NCBI GenBank assembly: GCA_963843585.1
Contig: CAWJLJ010000014.1
Coordinates: 51,299 to 75,298 of the forward strand
From: an uncultured Acidobacteriota bacterium
GTDB taxonomy: Bacteria > Actinomycetota > Acidimicrobiia > Spongiisociales > ZC4RG35
DNA length: 24,000 nt
Reading direction: 5' to 3'
Below, piece after piece: positions 5,847 through 13,432 of the stretch. Below the pieces are notes generated by a model. It had not been told where the DNA came from. It saw nothing but the letters and a program-made list of their open reading frames with translations, and made no database searches. Each line of letters begins with the position of its first letter. Position 1 is the stretch's first letter. A program made the translations under genes and the position numbers.

Positions 5847-8800
5847 TCAGCGCCCCCGGTCCTGTCGACCCCCCAGGTCCGCGCCCGCCGAACGTCGTGC
5901 GAGCCGGCGGTGCGTCTGCACCTCTTCGACGAACGACCGCCGAACCTCGGGGTCGGTGATGCGCGCCGAGGTCTTCTCGACATAGGCCTTTGCCAGGTCG
6001 ATCAGCTCGGCGGCGGTGACTTCGTCGGCAGCACCGAGCGCCGTGTGGCAGGACAGCAAGGCTGCCACCGGCTCCTCGATGCCGTCGGCGCCGTGGCTAC
6101 GAAAGTGGTCTAGGACCTCGTCGACCAGCTTGCGCGCCTCGTCGTCCCGGCCCTGCCCGGCCACTACTTCGGCGAGACCGGCACGGGCCTCGACCAGCCT
6201 TCCCCTGCTCCCCAGCTCCTCGTGCAACTCGAGAGCGCGGCGGTAGTTGCTCTCGGCTTCGGACAGGTTGCCGTCGCTGCCGTCGAGCCGGGCGAGCATG
6301 GTCAGCGAGGCGGCGAGTTCGTAGCTCAGGCCTGCCGCAGAAGCCATCGCAACGGCCTGTTCGGCGAACGCCCGAGCGGATGCGGTTTCGCCGTGCGCCG
6401 CCTCCACCTGAGCGAGCTGCTCGATGGTCTGCGACTCGCCCTGTCGGTCGCCCTCCTCGACGAACAGGCGTCGCGACTCGGTGAAATGTTCGGCCGCCAG
6501 CTCCACGCGTCCGGTGCGGAGGGCGATTTGGCCGAGGCCCTGGAACGAGGCGGCTTCGCCCTCGAGGTCGTCGATCTGGCGGGCGATCTCCATGGTGCCC
6601 TCGTAGGCCGCCCACCCGGCGTCGTAGTCGTGCTGGGCGAGGGCTACCAGCGCCAGGTTGTTGAGCACCCGGTTCTCGCCAACCCGATCTCCCATCGCCT
6701 TCTTTGCAGCCAGTGCCTGTTCCAGGGACGATCGTGCCACCTCGTACTCCTCACGGTCGTACGCCAGGATGCCCATGCTGTTGAGCACCCGACTCAAGCC
6801 GGCGCGGCCTCCGACTCGTCGCCAGGCTCGCGCGCTCTCTCGGTAATCGGCTTCGGCGTCGTCGTATCGGCCGAGGTAGTGCAGGGCGACGCCCCGGTTG
6901 TGCTGGACGTCAGCGGCGATGGAGTCGATCCCGGCGCGGCCGGCCAGGTCCAGCGCTTGGGTGAGGACAGGTACCGCCTCGGCGGGGCTGCCCTGGCCCC
7001 AGAGGGCGGTACCGAGTGCCAGGAGCGCATGGGCCGTCGCCTCGTCGTCGCCGATGCTAAGGGTCATCTCTACGGCTCTGCGGGCGTGGGCCTCGGCGTC
7101 ACCCTGGCGGCCCATGTCGGTCGCCTGACGAACGCGACGCAGCTCGACATCCATCCGTTTCCGGGGGTCATCCAGCACGTCGGCCAGCTCGGCGAGCGTG
7201 TCCAGGTCGCCGGTCTCGGCGGCACGGTCACCGATGATGTGGTGGATCTCCTGGAGGGCGCCCACCACCTCGAATCGGAGCTCGACGTCGGAATCATCGG
7301 CTAGGTCGGCGGAGCGGTCGAGTTGTGCCAGGGCCTCGGCGTTGGCGTACCTCGAGGCCGCGGCCCGACCCGCCCGCAGGTACCAGACCGCGGCCGAGCC
7401 TCCATCCTCGGCGGCCTCGTAGTGGGCGGCGATCAAGGTGGCGAACTCCTCGGCGCGCTCGGTGGACTCGACCACTGAGGCAAGCCAGGTAGCCGCCCGT
7501 GCGTGGTAGTCCCTTCGGTAACGGCGCAGCACCGACTGGTAGGCGACGTCGCGGAGCACGGCATGCTTGAAGACGTATTCGGCGGCGTCTGCGATGCTCG
7601 ACGCCTCCCGGCCGTACACCAGCTCTCGTACTCGCAACGCGTTCAGCGACTCCTCGATCTCGCCGCCGTCGGCGTTGTCTCCGAGTGCGACCACTGCCCG
7701 ATCCCAGAAGCTTCGCCCGATCACGGCGGCGCGGTGAAGCACGGACTTCTCCTCGGGCGTTAGGGAGTCGATCCTCGCCTGGAGGACGCCGACCAGGGTC
7801 TCGGGCACCCGTACCGTGGGTAGGCGATCCTGGGCGACGGTCCAGGAGTGGGGGCTCTTCACGATCACGCCATCCTCGATGAGCATCTTGACCAGCTCCT
7901 CGACGTGGAAAGGGTTTCCCTCGGCAGCGCTCACCACCGTGTCGCGCAGATCGCGGGGGAGATCGGGGACCTTGGCCAGGATGTCGGTGACCAGCCGACG
8001 GCTTTCCAGAGTCCCGAGAGGGCGCAGGTCGATGCGCTTGTGTCGGGGCTCACCCGCCTGCCACTGCGGACGGCGGACGAGGAACGCTGGACGGGCGCCA
8101 CACACGAGAAGCATCCGCCGGTTCCCCGGCTCAGCGACCAACCGGGCCGCGAGGTCGAGTGAGGGGTCGTCGGCCCAGTGGATGTCGTCGAGAACCACGA
8201 CAACCGGGTCCTCGGAAGCCAGCCCGGAGGCCCACTCGAGGAATGCGGCGGTGCCCAGCTCGTGAACGGCCTGAGCCTCCAGGTCGGAGGGAAGGGACTT
8301 GGCGCCCACCTCGAACCCGAGTAGGTAGCCGATCAAGGCGGCGCGGTCCCCGTCGAGCCCGAGCGTGGCCGAGGCGGGAGCGACGACTCCGAGCCCGGCA
8401 GACAGCTTTTTTCCGACCACCCCCGGAGGATCGGTGTCGAGGATCTCGAACCGGCTGGCGACGGTGTCGCGGATCAGCGAGAAGGCGTCGTGTTCCGTGC
8501 CCTGGCGGGCCCGTCCCTGGATGAAGACGATCTCGTCAGGGAGCAGGTCGAGCCAGGTGGCGAACTCGTCGAGCAGGCGTGACTTCCCCATACCGGCCTC
8601 GCCGACGATCGTGACTAAGCAAGGGTGTCCCTCGGAGGCGGCCACGTAGGCGTCGCGGAGCCTCTCTAGCTCGGCCTCACGCCCCACCATCGGGTTTTCC
8701 ACCCCCTCGACACCGCGGGCCGGGGCACGAAACGCTCGCGGCTTGGCCCGTTCCACCACATAGGCGCGGACGAGCTCCTTCTTCCCCTTCAGGGCGAGTG

Positions 8801-9449
8801 GCGCCACCTCGCGGACGTCGAAGACCCCGCGGACATGCCGAAAGGTGGAGTGGGCTATGAGGACACCGTTGACTGGAGCCTCCGCCTGCAGTCGGGACGC
8901 CACGTTGATCGGGTCGCCGACGGCGATCCACTCCTCATGGGGACGGTCGCCCACTGCGCCGATCACGACCTCACCAGTGTTGATTCCCACACGCATCTCA
9001 AGCGCCGGTCCTCCCTCGTCGGCGAGCGCGTCGTTGAGCACGTCCAACGATGCCACCATGTCGAGAGCAGCGAGGATGGCCCGCTCCGGGTCGTCCTCCT
9101 GTGCCTGCCTCATCCCGAACACGGCCATCACCGCGTCGCCGATGAACTTCTCGACGACACCGCCTCGTCCCTCGATGGTCGCCGTCCAGGCGGCGAAGTA
9201 GCGGTCGACGACGGTGCGGACGTCCTCGGGGTCCAACCGCTCTGACATGGCGGTGAAGCCGACGAGATCGGCGAAAAGCGTGGTCACAAGCTTGCGCTCC
9301 TCGGTCACGGGGGACTGGAGCTGGGCTATGCGCTCCACCAGCGGCCGCAGCCCGGCATCGACCACCTCGTCTCCCAGCTTCGCCCGCTGAGCCTCCAGCG
9401 CGGCGACGGCGGCGCGGAGGCGGTCGCGCTCCTCAGCGGACCCAGTCAA
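5847..9449 (-). CDS. Adenylate/guanylate cyclase domain - AAA/STAND NTPase - TPR-repeat regulatory protein (~1200 aa)
   Basis: An N-terminal coiled coil is followed by a class III cyclase domain (ERKLVTTLFADLVGFT..., KFIGDAVMAVFG, GINTGEVV), a Walker A (GEAGMGKSRL), Walker B-like VVVLDDIHWAD, and a long TPR-like C-terminus. The start is uncertain. I propose TTG 9449 (ggtgga 9 nt upstream), because the tracked ORF's first 105 codons (to 9764) translate an RNA-like region. Confidence 0.85.
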   Translation of the reverse strand: MTGSAEERDRLRAAVAALEAQRAKLGDEVVDAGLRPLVERIAQLQSPVTEERKLVTTLFADLVGFTAMSERLDPEDVRTVVDRYFAAWTATIEGRGGVVEKFIGDAVMAVFGMRQAQEDDPERAILAALDMVASLDVLNDALADEGGPALEMRVGINTGEVVIGAVGDRPHEEWIAVGDPINVASRLQAEAPVNGVLIAHSTFRHVRGVFDVREVAPLALKGKKELVRAYVVERAKPRAFRAPARGVEGVENPMVGREAELERLRDAYVAASEGHPCLVTIVGEAGMGKSRLLDEFATWLDLLPDEIVFIQGRARQGTEHDAFSLIRDTVASRFEILDTDPPGVVGKKLSAGLGVVAPASATLGLDGDRAALIGYLLGFEVGAKSLPSDLEAQAVHELGTAAFLEWASGLASEDPVVVVLDDIHWADDPSLDLAARLVAEPGNRRMLLVCGARPAFLVRRPQWQAGEPRHKRIDLRPLGTLESRRLVTDILAKVPDLPRDLRDTVVSAAEGNPFHVEELVKMLIEDGVIVKSPHSWTVAQDRLPTVRVPETLVGVLQARIDSLTPEEKSVLHRAAVIGRSFWDRAVVALGDNADGGEIEESLNALRVRELVYGREASSIADAAEYVFKHAVLRDVAYQSVLRRYRRDYHARAATWLASVVESTERAEEFATLIAAHYEAAEDGGSAAVWYLRAGRAAASRYANAEALAQLDRSADLADDSDVELRFEVVGALQEIHHIIGDRAAETGDLDTLAELADVLDDPRKRMDVELRRVRQATDMGRQGDAEAHARRAVEMTLSIGDDEATAHALLALGTALWGQGSPAEAVPVLTQALDLAGRAGIDSIAADVQHNRGVALHYLGRYDDAEADYRESARAWRRVGGRAGLSRVLNSMGILAYDREEYEVARSSLEQALAAKKAMGDRVGENRVLNNLALVALAQHDYDAGWAAYEGTMEIARQIDDLEGEAASFQGLGQIALRTGRVELAAEHFTESRRLFVEEGDRQGESQTIEQLAQVEAAHGETASARAFAEQAVAMASAAGLSYELAASLTMLARLDGSDGNLSEAESNYRRALELHEELGSRGRLVEARAGLAEVVAGQGRDDEARKLVDEVLDHFRSHGADGIEEPVAALLSCHTALGAADEVTAAELIDLAKAYVEKTSARITDPEVRRSFVEEVQTHRRLARRSAGADLGGRQDRGR

Positions 9450-9726
9450 AGAGTGGGATCCACCATGTAGCGGATCATGGCGACGAGAAAACGGCGCGGC
9501 GCCGAGTTGGGTACACGGGCGAAAGATACTCGTGTGTCGAAACACGCAGCCCAGCGAATGTACGGGTCGAAAGTCTCTGCTAGCCAGACCGACTGGGACG
9601 TAGGCTGACTTTGGCTGGACAGACCGCCGTGTCTCGCTACGTCTCACGACGCTCGTTCCACAGCCGCGCCACAGGACTGCCAATCGGTGCCGTTTCCCCT
9701 GGTGACAGGGCTTTGACATTTTTCGC

Positions 9727-9766
9727 AACGAGAAGGTCGCGGGTTCGAATCCCGCCAGCTCCACTA
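9727..9766 (+). ncRNA. tmRNA (ssrA)-like 3' terminus: T-arm plus alanine-type acceptor 3' strand; apparently an orphan fragment
   Basis: GCGGG-TTCGAAT-CCCGC (9739-9755) is followed by CAGCTCC-A (9756-9763). This would pair with a 5' GGGGCTG carrying G3:U70, the tmRNA/tRNA-Ala signature. No GGGGCTG and no tag ORF ending ..AA-stop were found within 450 nt upstream. CTA follows rather than CCA. Confidence 0.45.
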
Positions 9767-9955
9767 AACGCCCTGGTCAAGGGTGTGAAACCCGGATCCC
9801 TCATTTCTCGCGCGAATTGCCTTGGAGTCGCCGCGTGCCACGGGGACTATCCGCAGCGGCCGCTGCGGTCAACGCGAACCGTCTGGTGAGTCTCTTATCC
9901 GACACCGCTGGGGCGTCTCGGGCATCCGACAGGCAGCCATAACGCTACAGCGAAT

Positions 9956-9983
9956 CATCCGTCCCCCCCGTCTGGTCCGAAGT
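9956..9983 (+). promoter_or_regulatory. Candidate ECF (SigK-like) promoter upstream of the fasciclin lipoprotein gene: CATCC-N17-CGAAGT
   Basis: CATCC at 9956-9960, a 17-nt spacer, and CGAAGT at 9978-9983, 41 nt before ATG 10025. It has the same architecture as the sites at 11183, 14462(-), 17110(-), 17122 and 23633(-). Confidence 0.45.
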
Positions 9984-10024
9984 AGGGGTGACGGCACAAG
10001 TAGTGCCGGAAAGGATGACAAACC

Positions 10025-10678
10025 ATGACCCGAAAGATCAGACTGTCCATGCTCATAGCGGTGCTGGCTCTGGTCGTAGCCGCGTGTGGCGATGACTCCG
10101 CGGAGGACACGACCACCACCCAAGCGGATGCAACCACCACCACCGAGGCCGAGATGACATCGACCACCGAGGCGGGGATGACGACGACCACCGAAGCCGA
10201 CGTGACGTCGACCACCGAGGCCATGATGGAAGAGACTGTCCTCGACATCGCCGCAGGCAACGAGGACTTCTCGACGCTCGCGGCCGCGGTGGAAGCCGCC
10301 GGTCTCCAGGATGCGCTCAGCGACCCTGAGGCCACCCTGACCGTATTCGCCCCGACGAATGAAGCCTTCGAAGCCGCCCTGGCGTCGCTCGGGCTGACGG
10401 CCGAAGAGCTCCTGGCCGACACGGAGACCCTGACCGCGATCCTCACCTATCACGTCCTCGGCGACATCGTCACCTCCAGCGACATCGCCGCAGCAGGAAC
10501 AGAGGAGATCCCGGTGGAAACGCTCTCCGGGGAAGAGTTGGTCGTCGTGGTCGGAGATGACGGGACGGTCGGCTTCGTCGATCAAACGGCGACAGTCACC
10601 ATGGCAGACATCGAAGCGTCCAATGGCGTGATCCACGTCATCGATGCAGTTCTCCTCCCACCATCGATGTCAAGCTAA
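10025..10678 (+). CDS. Fasciclin (FAS1) domain lipoprotein with a Thr-rich repeat linker (MPT83/MPT70-like)
   Basis: A signal peptide with lipobox LVVAAC|G, then 4 x 8-aa TTEAxMTx repeats, then a FAS1 domain (DFSTLAAAVEAAGL, TVFAPTNEAF, LTYHV, NGVIHVIDAVLLP). SD ggaaagga lies upstream. Confidence 0.9.
   Translation: MTRKIRLSMLIAVLALVVAACGDDSAEDTTTTQADATTTTEAEMTSTTEAGMTTTTEADVTSTTEAMMEETVLDIAAGNEDFSTLAAAVEAAGLQDALSDPEATLTVFAPTNEAFEAALASLGLTAEELLADTETLTAILTYHVLGDIVTSSDIAAAGTEEIPVETLSGEELVVVVGDDGTVGFVDQTATVTMADIEASNGVIHVIDAVLLPPSMSS
10139..10234 (+). repeat. Four tandem 24-nt coding repeats (ACCACCGAGGC...) inside the fasciclin gene
   Basis: The units are 10139-10162, 10163-10186, 10187-10210 and 10211-10234. 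Each starts with accaccga(g/a)gc and encodes TTEA-x-(M/V)-(T/M/E)-(S/T/E). Confidence 0.85.
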
Positions 10679-10697
10679 GCGACACGCCGTTCCGCAA

Positions 10698-10734
10698 GAA
10701 CAACGGGCCGCGCTCTGAGCGCGGCCCGTTGTTC
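10698..10734 (+). terminator. Strong hairpin terminator after the fasciclin gene
   Basis: GAACAACGGGCCGCGC-tctga-GCGCGGCCCGTTGTTC is a perfect 16-bp stem, 20 nt after the stop. There is no long U-tract. Confidence 0.7.
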
Positions 10735-10798
10735 GCGTGGATGCAGACGACGGATTGCTGGCTCCCCGCGATGGACGCGCGATAGAAACTTCGGACGG

Positions 10799-11049
10799 GA
10801 GAGTGCCGAGAGGGTCACTGCCTTCTCGGGTTCGATGCCTTCGTCTACATCAACGTCATCTGGTTCGGCTGCTGGATCGGCTTCGGCATAGAGAACTACC
10901 CCTACGGTCTCTTGACCATGGTCGTCTCGCTCGAAGCGATCTTCCTCTCCACCTTTGTCCTGATCTCAAACGCGCGAAGTGCCTGCTCAGAAGCCATTCT
11001 CGGTTCCAGTCATTTCACGTTGTTGACCGTTGCATGCGGTCCGCGGTGA
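10799..11049 (+). pseudogene. DUF1003-like membrane protein remnant (frameshifted, no start codon, degenerate C-terminus)
   Basis: One frame gives NFGRESAERVTAFSGSM, and the next gives AFVYINVIWFGCWIGFGIENYPYGLLTMVVSLEAIFLSTFVLIS, the DUF1003 core that is normally followed by QNRQ. The frames join through a missing G at atg(g)cc near 10837. The tracked 120-aa ORF 10737-11099 is in the wrong frame. Confidence 0.45.
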
Positions 11050-11182
11050 TAGATCCGATGGCAGACGGGCCAGCCTGCAAGCTCCAATCGGTCTTTTGAC
11101 TCCCCGGCATCGCGAACCGACAGCCTTCAAGTGACCTCCACGTCTCAGGAATCACGGTTCTCGAGCGATCCGATGCTCTCGA

Positions 11183-11210
11183 CATCCGATCGGACCGGGC
11201 GCAACGAACA
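11183..11210 (+). promoter_or_regulatory. Candidate ECF (SigK-like) promoter of the heliorhodopsin operon: CATCC-N17-CGAACA, 6 nt from the ATG
   Basis: CATCC at 11183-11187, a 17-nt spacer, CGAACA at 11205-11210, then acgtgc and ATG 11217. There is no SD sequence, which fits a leaderless transcript. Confidence 0.55.
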
Positions 11211-11216
11211 ACGTGC

Positions 11217-11996
11217 ATGACGACAACGACAGAGACCATCGTCACGCCCCGGGCCGGTGATCGTCTCCGTGCCTACAACGTCGGCATGGGCGCGCTCCAC
11301 GCCATCCAGGCCTTCTTGGTCCTTTGGCTGGCCAACGGATTCACGCTCCCGGTGATCGCCACATACATGGCGGGGCCTCCTGGCTCCGCTCCGCCCGCGG
11401 TGACACCCCTCTTCGAGGTGAGCATTGCCTGGGGCGTGGCAATTTTCTTGTTCATGTCCGCCGTGGCCCACTTCCTCATCGCCTCGCCCGGCATCTACCA
11501 GTTGTATCGCCAGAACCTGAATCGCCAGCGCAACTATGCCCGTTGGATCGAGTACTCCCTCTCGTCATCGGTCATGGTGGTACTGATCGCCCTTCTGACC
11601 GGGATCGCCGACATCGCAGCCCTGCTTGCCATTGCCGGAGTCAATGCATCGATGATCCTGTTCGGCCTTCTCCAGGAGAAATATGAGACACCAGGCAAGG
11701 CGGTCGGCTGGCTGCCCTTCTGGTTCGGAGTTCTGGCCGGGGCTATTCCTTGGATCGCTATCGCCTGGTACCTGTTCAGCCCCGGCTTCGATTCGAACCC
11801 TCCCGGGTTCGTGTACGGGATCTTCTTCTCCCTCTTTGTCTTCTTCAACGTGTTCGCGGTCGTCATGGTCCTGCAGTACAAGCAGGTCGGTCGGTGGGCG
11901 GACTACAGCTTCGGGGAATCGACCTACATCCTGCTCAGCCTGGTGGCCAAGTCGGCCCTGGCGTGGCAGGTATTCGGAGGAACACTGGCGACATGA
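11217..11996 (+). CDS. Heliorhodopsin (seven-TM retinal protein)
   Basis: 259 aa, collinear with the prototype heliorhodopsin 48C12 as I recall it. Shared segments are RWIEYSLSSSVMVVLIA, GIADIAALLAIAGVNASMILFGLLQEKY, LPFWFG...IPWI, PGFVYGI and YILLSLVAKSALAWQVFGGTL. The Schiff-base Lys (K245), counter-ion Glu (E112) and conserved His (H28, H85) are all present. Confidence 0.92.
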   Translation: MTTTTETIVTPRAGDRLRAYNVGMGALHAIQAFLVLWLANGFTLPVIATYMAGPPGSAPPAVTPLFEVSIAWGVAIFLFMSAVAHFLIASPGIYQLYRQNLNRQRNYARWIEYSLSSSVMVVLIALLTGIADIAALLAIAGVNASMILFGLLQEKYETPGKAVGWLPFWFGVLAGAIPWIAIAWYLFSPGFDSNPPGFVYGIFFSLFVFFNVFAVVMVLQYKQVGRWADYSFGESTYILLSLVAKSALAWQVFGGTLAT

Positions 11997-12466
11997 GACA
12001 AACCACAGGAACCGAAAGACCGGCAGATCACAAGGCGGTCCGCCTCATCGAGCAGAGATGGGTGGAGCGAGCCCAGGACGAAGCATTCATCTACACCGCC
12101 GATTTCTCCAACATCGAGGACTGGGATCCAGGTGTGGTCTCCTCTCGGGGGCTCGGCCATGGGCCCGTCGGTGTCGGCTCGCAATTCGAGCTGGAGGTCG
12201 AGTTCGGCAGTGGCACGATGCCGATGGTCTACGAGATCACGGAATACGAGCCCAGCGATCGGGTAGTCCTGGTCGGCCGGGGTGACAAGCTCGGCGCGGT
12301 CGACGAGATCCGCTTCTCACGGCACGACAACATGACCGTGATCGACTACACCGCCGACCTCACCTTCCTCAACTGGTACAGGCACATCACCCGCTTGATG
12401 GGACCAAGCCTGAAGAAGGTCGGGACCAAGGCTCTCGACGGCCTCGCGGCCGAGCTGGACAGATGA
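11993..12466 (+). CDS. SRPBCC (START/polyketide-cyclase-like) ligand-binding protein
   Basis: 157 aa. Its ATG overlaps the heliorhodopsin stop as ATGA (11993-11996). The size and pattern are typical of SRPBCC (FSNIEDWDPGV..., GSQFELEVEFGSG..., YEITEYEPSDRVVL). Confidence 0.75.
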   Translation: MRQTTGTERPADHKAVRLIEQRWVERAQDEAFIYTADFSNIEDWDPGVVSSRGLGHGPVGVGSQFELEVEFGSGTMPMVYEITEYEPSDRVVLVGRGDKLGAVDEIRFSRHDNMTVIDYTADLTFLNWYRHITRLMGPSLKKVGTKALDGLAAELDR

Positions 12467-13398
12467 ACAAGTTGGGCATCGCATCCTTCACGAACTTGGG
12501 CTACCGGCTCCACTCCCGCCGGTTCTCCCCGGTCGAGGCCGACATGACCGGCAAGACCGTCGTGGTGACGGGATCCACCGGAGGCCTCGGGCTCGAATCA
12601 GCCCGCTCCCTGTCGAGACTGGGAGCCCGGGTGGTGATCGTCGGCCGGAACGAGCAAAAGCTGGCTTCTGCGGCTGAGAGCATCGAGGGCGAGGTGATGG
12701 CGCAGCAGGCCGACCTCAGTCTGCTGGCGGAGGTCCGGCTGCTCTCCGACCGGCTCATCGAGTCAACCCCGAGGATCGACGTCCTGATCAACAACGTGGG
12801 CGTCCTCATGCCCGAGCGCACGGAGACGGACGAGGGCTTGGAGATGTCCTTCGCCACCAATCTCGCCGGCCACTTCCTACTTACCAACCTCCTGCTTCCC
12901 CGACTTGCCGAGTCGAGGCCGGCCAGGGTCATCAACGTGAGCTCCGGCGGCATGTACGCCGCCCGGATCGATCCCACCGACCTCCAGTTCATGCGGCGCC
13001 GCTACACGGGCAAGGCCGCCTATGCCAGCAGCAAGCGGGGGCAGGTCATCCTCACAGAGATGTGGGCCGAGCGCTTCCCGGGACGGAACGTGGTCTTCCA
13101 TTCGATGCACCCGGGTTGGGCCAAGACCGCCGGGGTGGCCGAGTCCTTGCCCGCTTTCAACACAGTGATGCAGCCGCTGTTGCGCACCCCGGCCGAGGGG
13201 GCCGACACCATCATCTGGCTCGCTGTGGCAGAGGAGCCCCGACGTGGGTCTGGCGGGTTCTGGTTCGACCGAGAGGAGGCGCCGACTCATCTCACTGATT
13301 CCACCCAGGAAACAGCGGCGGACCGGGCAGAGCTGTGGACTGAGTTGGCCCGAGTGACCGGGTCCGATCTCCCGGTTGGCACCGCCCACCGGGACTAG
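12463..13398 (+). CDS. Classical short-chain dehydrogenase/reductase, retinol-dehydrogenase / DHRS-like subgroup
   Basis: Its ATG overlaps the previous stop as ATGA (12463-12466). It has TGSTGGLG (the TGxxxGxG NAD(P) motif), NNVG, Ser (VSSGG) and YASSK (YxxxK). The architecture, including the ~27-aa N-terminal extension, resembles RDH11-14/DHRS12-type enzymes. Confidence 0.88.
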   Translation: MNKLGIASFTNLGYRLHSRRFSPVEADMTGKTVVVTGSTGGLGLESARSLSRLGARVVIVGRNEQKLASAAESIEGEVMAQQADLSLLAEVRLLSDRLIESTPRIDVLINNVGVLMPERTETDEGLEMSFATNLAGHFLLTNLLLPRLAESRPARVINVSSGGMYAARIDPTDLQFMRRRYTGKAAYASSKRGQVILTEMWAERFPGRNVVFHSMHPGWAKTAGVAESLPAFNTVMQPLLRTPAEGADTIIWLAVAEEPRRGSGGFWFDREEAPTHLTDSTQETAADRAELWTELARVTGSDLPVGTAHRD

Positions 13399-13432
13399 GC
13401 CGGGTGCGTCGCGACCACATCAGCGAGAGAAC

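Noticed and set aside
5092-5985. ORFs 5092-5535, 5129-5314, 5532-5837 and 5710-5985, plus 23573-23824, 23678-23869 and 23688-23876.
   Set aside because: They run across the tRNA-like repeats, and the ..GRIRTCDTR.. peptide is the hallmark of a translated T-arm. Only the ADH-like segment 5296-5535 looks like former coding sequence.
9314-9337. A minihelix-like sequence, GGAGCtgggctatgcGCTCC-ACCA, resembling an acceptor stem with CCA.
   Set aside because: It lies inside the cyclase gene's coding sequence (PLVERIAQLQ on the minus strand) and has no T-arm. It is most likely coincidental.
9450-9764. The N-terminal 105 codons of the 1305-aa ORF (MELAGFEPATFSLRK...).
   Set aside because: This is a reverse-strand translation of a T-arm/acceptor RNA sequence and non-coding DNA. 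Protein-like sequence begins only around the coiled coil after TTG 9449.
9300-9770. A complete tmRNA (ssrA) gene.
   Set aside because: No 5' GGGGCTG acceptor strand and no tag ORF ending Ala-Ala-stop were found. The required 5' half would overlap the well-supported cyclase coding region. I kept only a 3'-fragment call.
9851-9868. An 18-bp perfect palindrome, CCGCAGCGGCCGCTGCGG, considered as a terminator for the tmRNA-like element.
   Set aside because: It has no U-tract, lies ~90 nt downstream of the RNA end, and occurs only once. Its function cannot be supported from sequence.
9923-9956. A second CATCC (9923-9927) followed by CGAATC (9951-9956), upstream of the fasciclin gene.
   Set aside because: The spacer is 23 nt rather than the 17 nt seen at all other sites. 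The 9956-9983 site fits the pattern instead.
10737-11099. The 120-aa ORF as a genuine gene.
   Set aside because: Its composition is implausible, and the DUF1003 signature sits in the other two frames. I re-interpreted it as a pseudogene remnant.
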